This document shows, one piece after another, positions 63,322 through 64,000 of a stretch of DNA of 64,000 bases. Both the position numbers and the translations under genes were made by a program. Each line of letters starts with the position of its first letter. The stretch's first letter is position 1. The stretch comes from Minisyncoccota bacterium (GTDB lineage: Bacteria > Patescibacteriota > Minisyncoccia > Phycocordibacterales > UBA9973), in assembly GCA_041659845.1 (NCBI GenBank), contig JBAZXM010000001.1, positions 124 through 64,123 of the forward strand, given 5' to 3'. The notes under the pieces were generated by a model. That model was not told the origin of the DNA, ran no database searches, and saw only the letters and a list, made by a program, of their open reading frames with translations.

Positions 63322-64000
63322 ATGACACTACAGAAATTACGATTTGTCCCATCTCTCGAACAGATAGAGAGGGATGCGATTGAGCTTTCCACGAAAGCTA
63401 TTAAAGACAAACTTTTCCCGGGATGCGTGATTGGAATTATGACACCTGATGGGAAATTTATTTCTTCTGCTGGATCTCATACTTATGACGCTAACGCAGT
63501 TAATGTTACCGAAGATTCGATGTTTGATATTTCTTCACTCACGAAGGCGGTTGTTTCATCTACTTGCTTGCACTTAATAGACCGAGGAATGCTTTCGCTT
63601 GAAACAAAAGTACAAGATATCCTCCCGGAGTTTGAAGGACAATATGCAGATGAAGTGGATATCAAGCATTTATTGACGTTTACCGTTGAGCTCGCAATTG
63701 ACGAGCCATTATGGCATCTTCAAAGCGGGGAAGCTATACTTGATAGAATCATGACTGCAGGGCTCAAACATCCGCCGGGCCAAGGCCACTTCTATCACAA
63801 TTCCACGAGTATTATTCTTGGAAAAATTTTGGAAGAAGTTACAGGTTTCAGGCTTGATTTCTTGCTTAAGAAGTTTATTTTTTCTAGGCTCGGGATGCAC
63901 GATACGACATTTTGTCCTCGTAAAAATTATTCGATGGACAAGATTGTTCCCACAGAAAATGATACAACTTGGAGAATGAGGCTTTTGCACGGAGAAGTTC
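63322..64000 (+). CDS. Beta-lactamase/serine-hydrolase family protein (PBP4*/AmpC-like fold), 5' part; continues beyond window end. Not in supplied ORF track (no stop)
   Basis: Hand-translated from ATG 63322: MTLQKLRFVPSLEQIERDAIELSTKAIKDKLFPGCVIGIMTPDGKFISSAGSHTYDA...FDISSLTKAVVSSTCLHLIDRG (S-x-x-K active site) ...; antisense track ORFs 63483..63665 and 63709..63990 are artefacts. Confidence 0.7.
   Translation, partial: MTLQKLRFVPSLEQIERDAIELSTKAIKDKLFPGCVIGIMTPDGKFISSAGSHTYDANAVNVTEDSMFDISSLTKAVVSSTCLHLIDRGMLSLETKVQDILPEFEGQYADEVDIKHLLTFTVELAIDEPLWHLQSGEAILDRIMTAGLKHPPGQGHFYHNSTSIILGKILEEVTGFRLDFLLKKFIFSRLGMHDTTFCPRKNYSMDKIVPTENDTTWRMRLLHGEV

Noticed and set aside
63483-63990. Minus-strand ORFs 63483..63665 and 63709..63990
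   Set aside because: They are antisense to a plus-strand reading frame encoding a recognisable beta-lactamase-family N-terminus with an SxxK motif that runs to the window end.
1-64000. CRISPR arrays / cas genes
   Set aside because: Every tandem repeat found (18.7-19.6 kb, 30.9-31.05 kb, 12.3-12.95 kb) is in-frame coding sequence with no unique spacers. No Cas-like proteins were recognised.
1-64000. Integrase, transposase or other mobile-element enzymes flanking the tRNA-associated variable regions
   Set aside because: No ORF shows tyrosine/serine recombinase or DDE transposase motifs. Only scars (pseudo-tRNA copies, palindromes) are present.

Overview
This 64 kb window comes from a gene-dense, low-GC bacterial chromosome. 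Intergenic regions are short and almost every gene is followed by a clean rho-independent hairpin terminator.

I infer a Patescibacteria/CPR-like organism (Parcubacteria/Saccharibacteria style); without an rRNA gene in the window this is an inference, not a demonstrated placement. The evidence is the gene content: reduced UvrC and ValRS, a LeuRS carrying a domain insertion, FtsA/FtsZ/FtsB cell division genes, tRNAs mostly lacking an encoded CCA, and many small secreted or membrane hypothetical proteins.

The housekeeping backbone reads: proS (3' end), mreB, mreC, tgt, uvrB, uvrA, uvrC, ddl, rlmB-like, DedA, NDH-2, a family-4 UDG, ychF, a SpoT-like HD hydrolase, dCMP deaminase, leuS, murJ, lepA, ftsB-like, glutaredoxin, hsp20, prsW, valS, tsaD, gmk, truB, trxB, ftsZ, ftsA, ybeY, rpsU and priA-like. 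There are seven tRNA genes (Ala, Gly, Arg, Phe, Val, Ser, Glu) and two decayed tRNA copies.

Accessory or unusual content sits in four places:
- 11.1-14.9 kb: an HTH regulator, a CARDB-repeat protein with a T9SS-type C-terminal domain, strong hairpins and a tRNA-Ala beside its decayed duplicate.
- 18.5-25 kb: a BNR-propeller fibre-like protein with a C-terminal Peptidase-S74 auto-chaperone, then a TM-less VirD4/TraD-like ATPase, then an LTD-PKD-LTD anchored protein. This is the strongest candidate for an undescribed surface or DNA-handling system.
- 49.7-52.0 kb: a tandem array of four small ORFs, each with its own terminator, bracketed by tRNA genes.
- Domain oddities: LeuRS with an in-frame Nudix insertion, a PriA lacking the Walker A and DExH motifs, and a methyltransferase-FemAB fusion.

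I found no CRISPR array, transposase or integrase. A partial beta-lactamase-family CDS at 63322-64000 (+) runs off the window end and is missing from the supplied ORF track.
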